DNA from: Haliotis rufescens
Taxonomy: Eukaryota
Reading direction: 5' to 3'
Assembly (NCBI RefSeq): GCF_023055435.1
Contig: NW_025964001.1
Location: 186,001-250,000, forward strand
DNA length: 64,000 nt
The position numbers were made by a program, and so were the translations under genes. A model generated the notes under the pieces. That model had not been told where the DNA came from and did no database searches. It saw only the letters and a list, made by a program, of their open reading frames with translations. This document shows, piece by piece, positions 38,793-51,711 of the stretch. Positions within the stretch are counted from its first letter, which is position 1; each line of letters opens with the position of its first letter.

Positions 38793-39031
38793 GTGAGCTG
38801 GGCTTAACGTAGCTTTCAAAAGTAGTCCCGTTATCTCATGGACTGTCAGCTTAAAGTGGGAAGAAAGCCAGAAGTGATGTAGGTTACCACTTTGGTGAAA
38901 CCCACGGGTATCGGTATGGTGCTGACAAGCCTAGAAACATAATCCGGCAACTGGGATTCAAACCAACAATCCTAGGTGTTTCACAGTGAATTGCTGTGAC
39001 TAAGACGACTGAGGTACCCATGGCCCCTGTC
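38793..39031 (-). mobile_element. SINE family C, copy 2
   Basis: Homologous to 3680-3961; 10-bp TSD ACATTGATGA (38783-38792, 39032-39041). Confidence 0.82.
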
Positions 39032-39483
39032 ACATTGATGATACAATTATGCATGTAACATTTCAAACACACGTTCCAGTCCCCGAAATATATGATCAGA
39101 GTTAATGTCTGTGTGGTGTCACTATATTAACCAACCTGTATCCAATGCAATTTCTAATAATTGAAACAACACATGGTGCGGGTTACTTTTGCTGTATTGA
39201 CTAGAAATAAAAAATTTCATTACAAAATGTAATGATGACAATAAGGATTAGCATAACCTGGGTCTATAGTCGGTGCGTTCTGCTCTGGGCTGTGCCGGGT
39301 GTTCCTGTCTTGGGTGGACCCATCTGTGCCGTGCGCTACCAAGCCAAATCGGCGCGTCTCATTTCAAATGGAGTTTGATTCAGGCCCACCAGGTAATGTG
39401 GTAATAACGTTAGTGTATGCTTTTACCCTATCACAAGGAGTATTATCGATAACAACTTCTTTATTGTATAAAGTGATTCTGTA

Positions 39484-39957
39484 ATAGTGGTGGCAGTGGT
39501 TCTGTTATAATGGTTCTGTCATAGTGGTTTCAGTGGTTCTGTCAAAGTGGTGGCAGTGGTTCTGTCATAGTGGTGGCAGTGGTCCTGTCATAGTGGTGGC
39601 AGTGGTCCTGTCATAGTGGTGGCAGTGGTTCTGTCATAGTGGTGGCAGTGGTTCTGTCATAGTGGTGGCAGTGGTTCTGTCATAGTGGTGGCAGTGGTTC
39701 TGTCATAGTGGTGGCAGTGGTTCTGTCATTGTGATTTCAGTGGTTCTGTCAAAGTGGCGGCAGTGGTTCTGTCATAGTGGCGGCAGTGGTTCTGACATAG
39801 TGGTTGCAGTGGTCCTGTCAAAGTGGTGGCAGTGGTTCTGTCAAAGTGGTGGCAGTGGTCCTGTCATAGTGGTTGCAGTGGTTCTGTCAAAGTGGTGGCA
39901 GTGGTCCTGTCATAGTGGTGGCAGTGGTTCTGTCATAGTGGTTGCATAGTTCTGACA
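39484..39957. repeat. Minisatellite, 23 bp unit (ATAGTGGTGGCAGTGGTTCTGTC), ~20 copies
   Basis: Direct. Confidence 0.96.
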
Positions 39958-40313
39958 TAACTTGAGGCAGGCAATGCCTAGCCGTGACAAGGACAAGCTA
40001 TAAGGGCGCAGTGGTCCTGCCTGAGAGCTACAGTATGCGTCCTGGCCGACTAGCGGCATGTGATTGCTATCAGTGCCAGTGTCAGCCTACCGTTACCAGT
40101 GAGGAGTCTTTGGTAATGAAGCCAGCCACACAATAACTCACAAAACATCCTTATCAGTGCCATGTGGGGGCTACTGTTACTCTGCTCACACTGGGGCCAA
40201 TGTTTGAATTGTTTCAACTGGCTCAAAGTGGGCATGTATAATATACAATATAACTCTTATTATTTTACCAACAAAACAATTAACTTCCATCTGCTGTGAA
40301 ATTCCATGAGACA

Positions 40314-40388
40314 AGATAAGATAAGATAATATTTATTGCAGAAAGAACAAGAACAGTACAGATGCAATCTTTTAAATGACAAAACATT
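40314..40388 (-). mobile_element. 3' end of a truncated LINE-like element, same family as 30301-30377
   Basis: Reverse-complement match including the (TCTTA)n tail. Confidence 0.65.
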
Positions 40389-40880
40389 TTGATCCATCCA
40401 TCCATCCATCCATACAGTGAACACAAAGAAATGCGAAATGACCAAATACAGGCTTCTTTTTAAGAAGACATTTCTCACCATAATGCACATAACATTATCT
40501 TTCTTATCAAGTTAGCCCACCATGTTGAAGACCCTGGTTTAAAAAATCCCAAGTGGGAATGTGTGAAGCCCATTTCTGGTGTCTCTTCCCTCCCCCCCCA
40601 TTGGTATAGTTGGAAATTGGAGTCGTAAAACCCAACACACTCAGTCTGCCTGGGCATCAACCAAACACCTGTGAGTATGAATGGTTAACCAGATGCTTAT
40701 ATGTCACCCTAACTATCACCAACATGGACTCAAGCAATTATCTGAAGTATATGGAATAAGAACGATGTTTTTATGATCCATGAAATCCAACTCCAGGTAA
40801 TAACTGGCCACTTTTCCCCTTGAGCATGGCCTGCAATCACAGAACCGGGCAATACGCATGTATAACCACCAAACACACTT

Positions 40881-40961
40881 TCAGTCATCTTCGGTATGTT
40901 CATCACCTTCCAGAGAAGAACTCTTGAGATAGCCAGCATCAATTCCAGCAACAATACCACC
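40881..40961 (-). CDS. Weak candidate alternative terminal exon, GGIVAGIDAGYLKSSSLEGDEHTEDD*
   Basis: Acceptor CCCATTTCTCAG; phase 0 open for 26 codons. Confidence 0.2.
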   Translation of the reverse strand, partial: GGIVAGIDAGYLKSSSLEGDEHTEDD

Positions 40962-42718
40962 CTGAGAAATGGGTTATCGGCTAGGTAGAGTAGCTGTAAA
41001 TGTCGCTTCCTATTTCATAATGGGGATGAGAAGCCGGCACATTTTAACAAGATGCCTACATCAACTCGCTGAGAGATGTTATCAATATGTCAGTATATAA
41101 TAAATATTTACTCTAAGCATATTTCCCCCTCATAGACCACAGGCATATAACTTCTTGAAAAAATACACCACTGCTCATTAAAGAACAGAAGACCAACACT
41201 CTGGTCAATATTACAGGCGAAATAACAAACGTTATCATCTCCAAAAATATACAATTATTTCTCCTGCTGTCTGAACCTGACGAGAAGAGACTGACTATGA
41301 TGGTGGATGAAAGGTCAAGCAGCGACACCCATACATCGACAACCATACATCGTTTACCTTCCATATCATGGCGCTTTCTGTTTTTGGCCTCACAAGTCCT
41401 GATACTATCAAACTTAAATGAGAAAGTTGTCATCTAGAACAAATGCCAATAAATACTAAAACAGCTTTCTAGAGCTTGCACTCTTACATTATTTATCGAA
41501 CAGCTTTCTATAGCTCGCACTATACATTATTTATCCAACATTCTTCCAGGTTATAACAGAAATAAATACCAGTAATTAATCACTTATGTATGTTCATTTT
41601 GAGGTGCATTGTAAATTCATCTCACAATGTAGCATCGTGCTTTTGAAAATTCACAAGAAAAAACAGTGTTAAAATATTTACAGTATCATATGAGAAATAC
41701 CAGCTGTATTATCAGAATTACCTACTGTTGATTCATTGACATGTTTGGATTAAGTTTATTGCTTTTGTCAAGAAGGTTTCTCACCAACACCGATGCCATA
41801 TATAAGTTGATATCAAATATCACAGCTGACAGAGGGTGGGTGGTTGTTACGAGGGTGTATTCCCTCATTATGTCGTATTTTTCAATGCTGGCAGTAACAG
41901 CAAATTAGCACCAAATTACCGAAAATGTCCAGGAATACTGCCCTATAAATAAGCCAACTCCGGAAATGTTACACTAGAGCAACATGCTTCCATCTTTCCA
42001 GAGCAAAGCAGCACAGAGCTCATTCTGCCAAAGGTGTATCTGTTCTGATACTGGGCTAACTCAGCAGATAGATTTTATCCAGTTGTTGGCTGAATGCCAA
42101 TATAAACTGACCAATTAGTGTTGATGGATGATTGTCCCACAACAAATATGATAAAAGACAAAGATTACAGCGGTGTTAAACTTATCACCATCATTCCAAT
42201 GGGTCAACCTTGCCAGCGGGGGCGATCACCCTGCCTCCCCTCTCTCCCACAAGTGCCATTAGCCCCAAGCCCCCCCCCTCCCCAATACTCAGAAGCTGTT
42301 AAAGGTATCCATAGAATCAATCCCAAACAACAGTCACCTCCTTGACAATGTGCTGCAACTAATGCTTCAATAAAACTGTGTGCCAATTTGACAAAGGCAT
42401 TTATAGCCCAAAGCCATGGGTCATGTTACTTGTAACATAAGCCAATAATCGATCACAATCAATTATCACCTGAAACTATTTATTAATGTTTATGTGTATG
42501 CAGCATGCCATCTACATGTCATCTAAATATGACATCTTAACCTTCCTTGATGAAGAAGTAACGTGTTTTCTACCATGGACTTGTAGTTGTTTTGTTGGTT
42601 AACACTGTGCTCAGCAATATTCCAGCTTTATCAACACAGCATGTAAATAATCAAGTATGTAACCAGACAACCTGATCCATTTGGTCGCCTCTTACAGCCA
42701 GCATGGGAATTCCCACAC

Positions 42719-42906
42719 TAGTCTGTCATACAGACCGTGACACACATATACCCAATACAGCCCATAATGTTTGGCAAGTCTAGATTACTGCAGTATCTGA
42801 AAATGAAGAGAGTCTCTAAGATCCTTTTCATTATATTTTTATTAAGATAATTACAACTGTTTTTTTCTGTAAGATATGTTCCTTTAAGAGACTAGATGTA
42901 GGTCTA
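42719..42906 (+). mobile_element. AcademH-like MITE family 1, third copy, next to a family B fragment (~42580-42710)
   Basis: TAGTCTG-TCATA-CAGAC ... GAGACTAGATGTAGGTCTA; TSD not recognisable. Confidence 0.72.
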
Positions 42907-43646
42907 TCCTCATCCCATATGGGACCATGGATTTGACATCCTCCTCCAAGATACATACCGGTAGTTATTTTTACACCTTCATGCAGATAGTTTCGAACCT
43001 CAGTTTTGAACCAATACATTTCATGAACTACTGAAGCCTGATTATCGTACGGCATTCCACAGATGACATTTCAATAGTACATTACGTTCCTGAATTGAAA
43101 TTATCTTATCTTTTGCACTTAATAAATACAACATAAACTAACATTTAAGTTCAGGTCAGAAATAGATATTTCATAAGATGAAGAAAGAATGGCTTCCGTT
43201 CCACCAAGCCACCACATGAATAAGAGAAAGAAATGGAAATGTCAGTCCTGTAGCATCATAACAAGTACTGCAGGTCACCAGGTTCACATTAAAACAAAGT
43301 ACTGCACACAGAGAAGGTATTATTACACTGGCTTCCAGATAAGCTTACGTTTGGTCATGGTCGGTGTAATAGCCCTGGTCACGTTTCACCTAATAGGTCA
43401 GCTTGAAGGCGGGTAGGATTGGGTAGGATCGGTTTTCAAGGTCCTGGGTCCAGCCTGTTGGGGGCAGCTAGTGCTAAAGTGACCAGGAGACCTTAAGTCT
43501 TTGTCAGGCTTTGCTCACCCATGACAGATAAGGTAAACATACAGCAACCATCTCAAGTTGGGGATCATTCAAATGTTTCCTCCAGTAGATGCCATTGTAC
43601 AAATATTATATGCCGAAGGAAAGAAACAAAGGAATACGCAAATTGC

Positions 43647-44103
43647 GGCACTGTCATGACATCAGATGTAATCCTATACCTCAACATAGATGTTTCTAGG
43701 CTGTTGTCTCTATACACCTGATAAAATGGGGGGCACTGTTGTGACATCAGGCATAGTACTATACCTCAACATAGATATTTCTAAGCTGTTGTCTCTATAC
43801 ACCTGATAAAATGGGGGGGGGGGGGGCACTGTCATGACATCAGATGTAATCCTATACCTCAACATAGATGTTTAGATGTTTCTAGGCTGTTGTCTCTATA
43901 CACCTGATAAAATGGGGGGGGGGGGGCACTGTCATGACATCAGATGTAATCCTATACCTCAACATAGATGTTTAGATGTTTCTAGGCTGTTGTCTCTATA
44001 CACCTGATAAAATGGGGGGGGGGGGGGGGGCACTGTCATGACATCAGATGTAATCCTATACCTCAACATAGATGTTTCTAGGCTGTTGTCTCTATACACC
44101 TGA
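43647..44103. repeat. Tandem repeat, ~85-105 bp unit with a variable poly-G tract, ~5 copies
   Basis: Direct; G runs of 6, 14, 13 and 17. Confidence 0.93.
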
Positions 44104-44804
44104 CATATTACCACTGCTGTGACATCACACACGTACTCCTATATCTACACTCCTATACTCCCATAGATGTTTCAACACTCTCCATACATCTGTTAGGTAT
44201 CAATTTCCAAGTCATATTTCAAAATGTTTTTCAGAGAGTGCTACTACCACAGCCTTAACATACTGTTTAAAGCTTTCTCCAAAATGTTCATCTATAATTG
44301 CAAATTCAGAGCACAACATGTCTTAACTGAACATGCCTGGCCCCAGGCGTCTCTGGTGTATACATAAAATTAAACCATTTTATCTTAGACTTACAGCAGA
44401 CAAAGTGCTGACATGTTTCGTACACGTGGGCCCTGATAGTTGAAGACATGAAGTAAGGAACAGCATAAGTTACACAATGTTGTCAAGGTTACACCATACA
44501 GTCTTTACAGTGGACTTGGATGATTGTTGCTGTAGACAATGAAGAAATCAACTTTCATTCTATACTATTCAACATTTGCCGAGGACCAAAATAGTCATCT
44601 TAAGTCAAAGGTGTGGTCCTTAGCAAATGTTGAGGAGTATAAAAGACTTGTAGTTTTGCAAGAACAAGTCTATGATGAATGTTTCCTGTTTTCCTCAACC
44701 ACATTCACTGCTAACACTGTCGGTGATAGATCACATATCACCCTGGAGAATTATCAAGTTTACCCATGCAAACAGACTATTCCTTCTTATCCTCATACGG
44801 CAAC

Positions 44805-45296
44805 AAAGGAAGGCTATATATATCCCAAAACAACTATGCAATAAAGGAAGGCTATATATATCCCAAAACAACTATGCAATAAAGGCAGGCTATATATATC
44901 CCAAAACAACTATGCAATAAAGGAAGGCTATATATGTCCCAAAACAACTATGCAATAAAGGAAGGCTATATATATCCCAAAACAACTATGCAATAAAGGA
45001 AGGCTATATATATCCCAAAACAACTATGCAATAAAGGGAGGCTATATATATCCCAAAACAACTGTGCAATAAAGGAAGGTTATATATATCCCAAAACAAC
45101 TATGCAATAAAGGAAGACTATATATATCCCAAAATAACTATGCAATAAAGGAAGGTTATATATATCTCAAAACAACTATGCAATAAAGGAAGGCTATATT
45201 TATCCCAAAACAACTATGCAATAAAGGAAGGCTATATATATCCCAAAACATCTATGCAATAAAGGAAGGCTATATATATCCCAAAACAACTATGCC
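44805..45296. repeat. Minisatellite, 38 bp unit (AAAGGAAGGCTATATATATCCCAAAACAACTATGCAAT), ~13 copies
   Basis: Direct. Confidence 0.96.
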
Positions 45297-47056
45297 TATC
45301 AACCATGAATGACGCTTTGTTAAGAAATTCATGTAATTACAAATTTAATTCTCTCTCACACACTCGGTCTACACAGAACACACCGGCAAGGTGAAGGTCA
45401 TTAGACAGAAATAATACTGGCATTTACTCGCCAGTGGCAGCGGGAACTCATCATGCAGTGCTAAGCACACACAGCCCAGAGTGAAATCACACCCCACACA
45501 TTGTCAGCTTAAAGGTTCAATATTTTGTTGTCAATATCAAATGTGTTCACAAAAGGAAAATTTCATCACTTTGTTAATGCTTTTGTAAATGATTCTCCTT
45601 TCAAAAATATTTTCCTGCCTTTAATATTGGATGTTTACCAAGGCTGCAAAACAGCTTAGCAACATCGTCAACAGACAGTGTGATTTAGGAAGACAGAGAG
45701 AATATTAATTATAATCTATCTACCCACGATCTTGCCTCTGTCACAATGACTACTGAACATGTCACATACACGCAAACTTTTAAGCCAAAAAACTCGACAC
45801 CTATTTCCAGCAAAATGCCCTTGACTGAGATTACTATGGCAGGGGCTGTTTTGTAAGGTACAAAAGCAACATTAAAAGAAATTCCTGAATGATTTCTTGG
45901 CAGCTACATTAGGTGCAATAAAAAATTAATGGACTGTTTCAGGTACCAAAATGCAGTCTTAAGTCTTCTCTGCCAACAAAGCAAATACCACTCAGTGCTG
46001 TGTTAACTGATGTGTGTGGTGAAGGCAAGGTCACTTCGAGGAAGAGGAGGAGGAGGAGGAGGCTGCTGTTTTGCATCCTTATGTCAAATAAGTTAACTTC
46101 CAAGCATACAAACATAAAATTCATTAGGAATAATTTATGAATACCAGTCTGACAGTTAACAGTAGGCTTTTGGTTTGAAGCAGCTCACTATCATCAAATG
46201 AAATAATAACCTTTTTAATACCATCCTGGCAAATCCTCTCATTATCCAGTCTCATAAATGATACAATGTAATAAAACACCAAGAGTCAACATGAACAAAC
46301 CTTGGTATCAAATCTCTAGAGACCGTAAACTGACCAATATCAAAGATAAATGGTATTTTTGTGATGTTTGGTATGAGGATGTCAACTTTATTTGGAAATA
46401 AACACTACTTTACAACTGTTTATCAGTGAATATATCTGCATATATCCATAAAGTCAAATTCACCCAAAAGAGACTAAGTGCTAGCTGTTTATTCTAATAA
46501 GGAGGTTTACCCCATCCCACCTGATAAAGAGGTCGAGTATGTTTTATTGGCAGAGCGTTATTGAGAGAAAAATAAATCTATAAAGCCATATTTCCTATGA
46601 TTGTGAAAAGTTGCTATGGTGAGGAAATGCGACGACCTGAAAATTGGGTCAACTCAAAGGGGCTGTAAATACAATGAGCTCTTGGCAATCCACAGGTCAT
46701 CTATTCAGACAACTTATGCACAGTACGCTAAAACCACTTTCAAGATCTGGAACACTTTTCAAAAAGGAACTGTTCTTGGGTTGTTGAATCAAACAAAGAG
46801 CTTGGTCGCCCTTGGCCTTCCACGTGACATAAATCTGCTGAAGTTACAACATCCCTCACAACTGATCATACTGCACTCCAACATGTGCAGAATAGTACCT
46901 AGGCCTCCATATGTTAAATACCAGTATAAACAATTCATGAAGGTATTGTTGATGTCAACAAACAACTTAAACCACTGTAACTTGAGCACTCACCCACGCA
47001 CTGGTGGATTCAACTACTCATGTCTTATAAATCATACATATAATTAACACTGACAC

Positions 47057-47464
47057 ACAAGAAACCAAACTTACCGATTCCTTTTTTTTATAATTAGTAC
47101 CAAGGAAAGTAATGAGGCTTCTCCACAAGGAACCAAACTTACCGATTCCTTTTCTTTGTAATTAGTACCAAGGAAAGTCATGATACTTTTCCACAAGAAA
47201 CCAAACTTACCGATTCCTTTTCTTTATAATTAGTACCAAGTAAAGTTGTGAGGCTTCTCCACAAGGGAACAAAATTACCGATTCCTTTTCTATATAATTA
47301 GTACCAAGGAAAGTCATGATACTTTTCCACAAGGAACCAAACTTACTGATGCCTTTTCCTATATAATTAGTACCAAGGAAAGCCATGATACTTTTCCACA
47401 AGGAACCAAACTTACTGATGCCTTTCCCTATATAATTAGTACCAAACAAAGTAATGAGGCTTCT
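47057..47464. repeat. Tandem repeat, 68 bp unit, ~6 copies
   Basis: CACAAGGAACCAAACTTACCGATTCC...ATAATTAGTACCAAGGAAAGT recurring every 68 bp. Confidence 0.94.
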
Positions 47465-50400
47465 CAAGACCAATTTCAGGCTGAAGGTAAGTTTAATGGC
47501 CACAGGACAGTGGAGAGTTCCTCCTCTGGACTTGGCCAACATCCGGGGGATGACTACGGAGCAGGGAAGTGGGTGGGAGCTTTGTCCCACACTGACTCCA
47601 GCCACTGGGACAATCAAGGCAATGAACCTCCCGTGTCCATCAGGGTGAATCCAGGACCTTTTGCTGATCAATTGGACATGAAATTACTTGGGGCATTGGC
47701 TTGCTGAGATTTTTAGACCCTCTGGCCTTGTCTCTTGTGAGGAGGATTTCATCCTATTATGTTGTCCGATCTAATTTAAATTATGACTATCCAACAACAG
47801 TCGTGTCAAGCTCTACCGCTTCTGTTGTCATCCCACCAACTGTCGCGGGTAAAATAATGCACTTAAAACATCTCATTAAAGAGACAAGACTGTACTTATG
47901 AATTTCAAATTATTTAGGTATGTTTGAGGTTTTGAAAGACTGACTGGAAAATATTCAACACATCAATAAACCCTTTCAACAAGTACAACATTCATGAAAT
48001 CATTATCCTCCACAAAATCCCAGTTGTTCCGGGGTTAAAATGTCTGATAGTTGAAGCTGAAAAGTAAAATGTGACATGCCACTGCTGTTTTCATTGAACA
48101 AAATATCTGGTGATACAAGCAAGTCGATCTAAATTATACATGCTTGAGAAGCTTCATTGCCACCCAAACACATAAAGGACGGTCTATTGTAAGACATATA
48201 CAAATGTGATACTTCATGGACAAGCAAAACATATAGTGGGCCAGAAAAGATTGCTGTCCATGAATATCATGATGCTGCAAAAGATATTTCAAATCAGCAT
48301 ATTTGGGACGTCAATAAAATTATAACACTATAACCAGATACTCCCCTACTTGAAATATTTCCTTAACTGAAAACGACATTAATAAATATGGCGGTAATTT
48401 ATCGCAGTATTCAATGATGCTCGAGATTCCCATTTGATACTCGCAATAGCTGACATAGATATTACATGGCCGTCACTCCATCACAGCCCTGACAAGAGAT
48501 GTGAATACAACCGGTACTATGTTGACAGTATTGATTATGGTGCAATTCGCCGACATGCTCAGAGAAAAAAACCTGAAAAACATGTTGAAGGTGGGACCCA
48601 CGCATTTAAGCAAATGTCCAGAGAACAGGTGTTACTGGAAATCAGTTACGAAGAATTGACCGGAGTTATCATATTCTGGTTGAGTCACGGTGCTTCAAGG
48701 GCATAAGGAAACCTACACATGCCACAGGCCTCTGTTGCATATGCATAATTACATACAAAAAGAGGTTTTAAATAATGAATATTGATTCTAAAAATATTGA
48801 ATAAAAAAAGTTAGGGATCGTGACTATTTTGGGGGATATTTTTATGAAATTGTATGCTCATTCTTCAATCAATCCCCAAAAATATTTATTCCCTAACTTT
48901 TCTGTTCAGTATATATGTTGGTAAAGATTATAAAAAAATATGTGTGTAAAAACAATATCTCATTTTGACAAATGTGCTCTTTGAGAATAAACAGACTATA
49001 GGTAAACTGATAAGTACAAACACTTGCCATATTGCAAATAGCTGCAGGCACGACATAAAGAACTACCCTTCAAAATCGGCAGTGCCGAACACAAAAAGAA
49101 GGCACTTGTTGTAGCAAGACATTTATCTCAGAAACATTTGAACATGTTCCAGATACATATTCTCGTGCTTCAACATTTAGCTTGCATAAAATGGTGCACA
49201 ATGGAAGCCTGCACATTTATACAGACAGCCAGGTTGTCAGACATAGACTTAAAAAACGTATGTAACCAACATATTAGCTAATCTTGGTTGATTAAAAATC
49301 TTTGCGAATTTGATCAAGTTTTTATTTGACATTGTTTGGGCCATGACTGCATTTAGCAGCTGAAGGCATAGTATATTTCCATTAGTTTCTATTCCTCTTC
49401 ATCTCATCCCAGGAAGGATACTAATAAATTCTAAATTTTCATTTACTATCTTGTCAGTGAGTTTTCTCTTGGGGCCAGTCATCCTTTAACAATATTTTTT
49501 AAAGTATCACCAGAGTTTCCAAGCTCCATGGGACTGTTCAATCTGCCATATTAAAGAGCTAAATCCTCCCGCTTGGACACACTGACATCCAGCCTGATTC
49601 GCATTCAGCCGTGGACCCTAACTTGGTGCCACTATCCAGACAACTCATAGCAGACTGGGGTTCTCTGAGAAGCCACTTAAATAACTACATGTGAGTCAAA
49701 ATGTCAACAATGAGATTACAAACTCCATACAAATTTCTTCGTTAAAAAAAACTTTTTTTAAACCTTCCCATCTTTGATAAAAATGTTCAAATATTTACAA
49801 GGAAAAAATACAAAAAAAAACATTTTTTCTTTTTACAGGAAGCAGCTAAATGCTGACACCGATGCATGCATGCATGTATGTGTAGGTTTTCCTGATCACA
49901 TCTGGAACCCACCATGAGCTGGGCAGTGGAGGTTACATTAAGAACACCTCACACTAAATACTACTCCTGCAATGGAGGTTACCCTGAGATACAAGAAACA
50001 AGATTATATTCATCTATACATTCCAAGTAGAAACAGTGGCAACATTCTATAAACTATATAAACAGATACATAAGTCAGGATAACAACACAAAGTATCAAT
50101 ACAAAATAGTATGTTATGACCTTGGGTTATCTATAATAAGTACTTCAGATTCATTTGAAGCTGTATATACTTCTTTCCCTGCTTAATGCTTACTTTCATA
50201 TTTGACATTCACGCCAAATTAAACTTATTGTCATGCTTCTGAAATGATAACAACAACGTATTGAAAGAAGCGTGTCTGATTAGGGTATATGCACACGCAC
50301 ACACACAAAGACACGCACACACATTCATTCTGACATTTCCACACAAATCCATACATACCTCCTTAATAAGACCCTAGGAAGGAAGACATACACAACTACT

Positions 50401-50654
50401 GTGTACTTTCATTAGATGTCAAGAAAAGGCTGACTTTTCTACAATTAGTTCCACGGTTATTGCTTTTTCTTCAAGGATATTAGCTTCTTATGTTCATCAT
50501 GACGTCCCTTAGGGTGGTGGGTATATTGCTTAGGATGGTGGGTATATTGCTTAGGGGTGGATGTGGCTTAGGGGGTGGATGTGGCTTAAGGGGTGTAATG
50601 GGGGATAATGTAAAGATAGTTAATGATAGGAGGGTCCCACCCTAGAAGTGTAGG

Positions 50655-50787
50655 AGACCGGGTTTTCAAGAAATGAGTGATCTTAGCACTGCGACGATAT
50701 TAGCACTGCGACTATCGTAAGCCTGTGTTAAAGTATTGGAGATACGATCAACATAGCGCTAAGAACACTTTGTGCACGTGGGCCCAG
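50655..50787. mobile_element. Decayed palindromic MITE
   Basis: Inverted repeat AGTGATCTTAGCACT / AGCGCTAAGAACACT (13/15); GGGCCCAG terminus. Confidence 0.55.
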
Positions 50788-51588
50788 ATCTTGAAGGGTG
50801 TTATATTGCTTCTAGCAAACAATGCAGGCACATCTGGCAAGTTAACCTCACAAACTGTACCTGAGGAGAGACAAGCAACTACACTACCCACTTAGTTATC
50901 GCCTTACCCCGTAAAAAATGAAGACATGGGTAAGGAGAATGGGTGAATCTGATGCAGAATGCATCGTAAACAGTCATGTTAGTAACTGCACAAATTCTCA
51001 TAACACAAAAATAGATACTCTTTAGATATGTTTTAATTGCATAGCTTTGTGCCTATTAGAAGATAATCACACATAGAACAGAAAATATTATTTGTATAAC
51101 TTTAAATAATATTGCACATTTTCAAGACACAATTGAGGCTTTCTTGGAAGGCTTTTGTCCAATCGGGTAGTGATTGGCAAGACACACTGGCCCAGCCCAG
51201 CAATGCCATGTTGAGTCTGGGCTGCGCCTTCCATAACTAGTATGTACCAGAAACTCCTCTTGGGGTCAGGAACCCACCATCGTCCTTCACGTGGCAGTAA
51301 TCACCATGTCAACACAGCCTTTTATTTTGCCAATACGTTTCTCATCAAGCCAATCAACAAACATTAGACCTATAGCCCAAAATACACCCTCAAAGACTTG
51401 TAATAGACTCAGTCCATGCACCTAGACTCATTGTGACCGGTGGACATGCTGTCATTTCCAAGATGGCTGCTTGATTTGGAAGAGAGACCTCACAGCAAAC
51501 AAGGAGCCAAAGTCAACATAACAAAGGGCTCCGGGGTGGTGCACATGTGATTTGCTTGGCACAATATTTCCGCTTTCTTGAGCTGGGT

Positions 51589-51711
51589 TCATGGCACAGT
51601 ACTTGTGTCTGTACTATCATGCAACTGTGAAGCGACCTCCAGCAATTCCAACCATATTTGGTGCATGTTTGTCATGATACAATCATTACTGATTGTTTGT
51701 AAATCTGCTGT
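51589..51711 (-). CDS. Candidate alternative terminal exon, TADLQTISNDCIMTNMHQIWLELLEVASQLHDSTDTSTVP*
   Basis: Acceptor TCTTGCTGTTTTCAG; phase 0 open for 40 codons; in frame with exon 54788-54850. Confidence 0.4.
   Translation of the reverse strand, partial: TADLQTISNDCIMTNMHQIWLELLEVASQLHDSTDTSTVP

Noticed and set aside
50508-50600. Interstitial telomere
   Set aside because: Only isolated TTAGGG inside short 18-21 bp repeats
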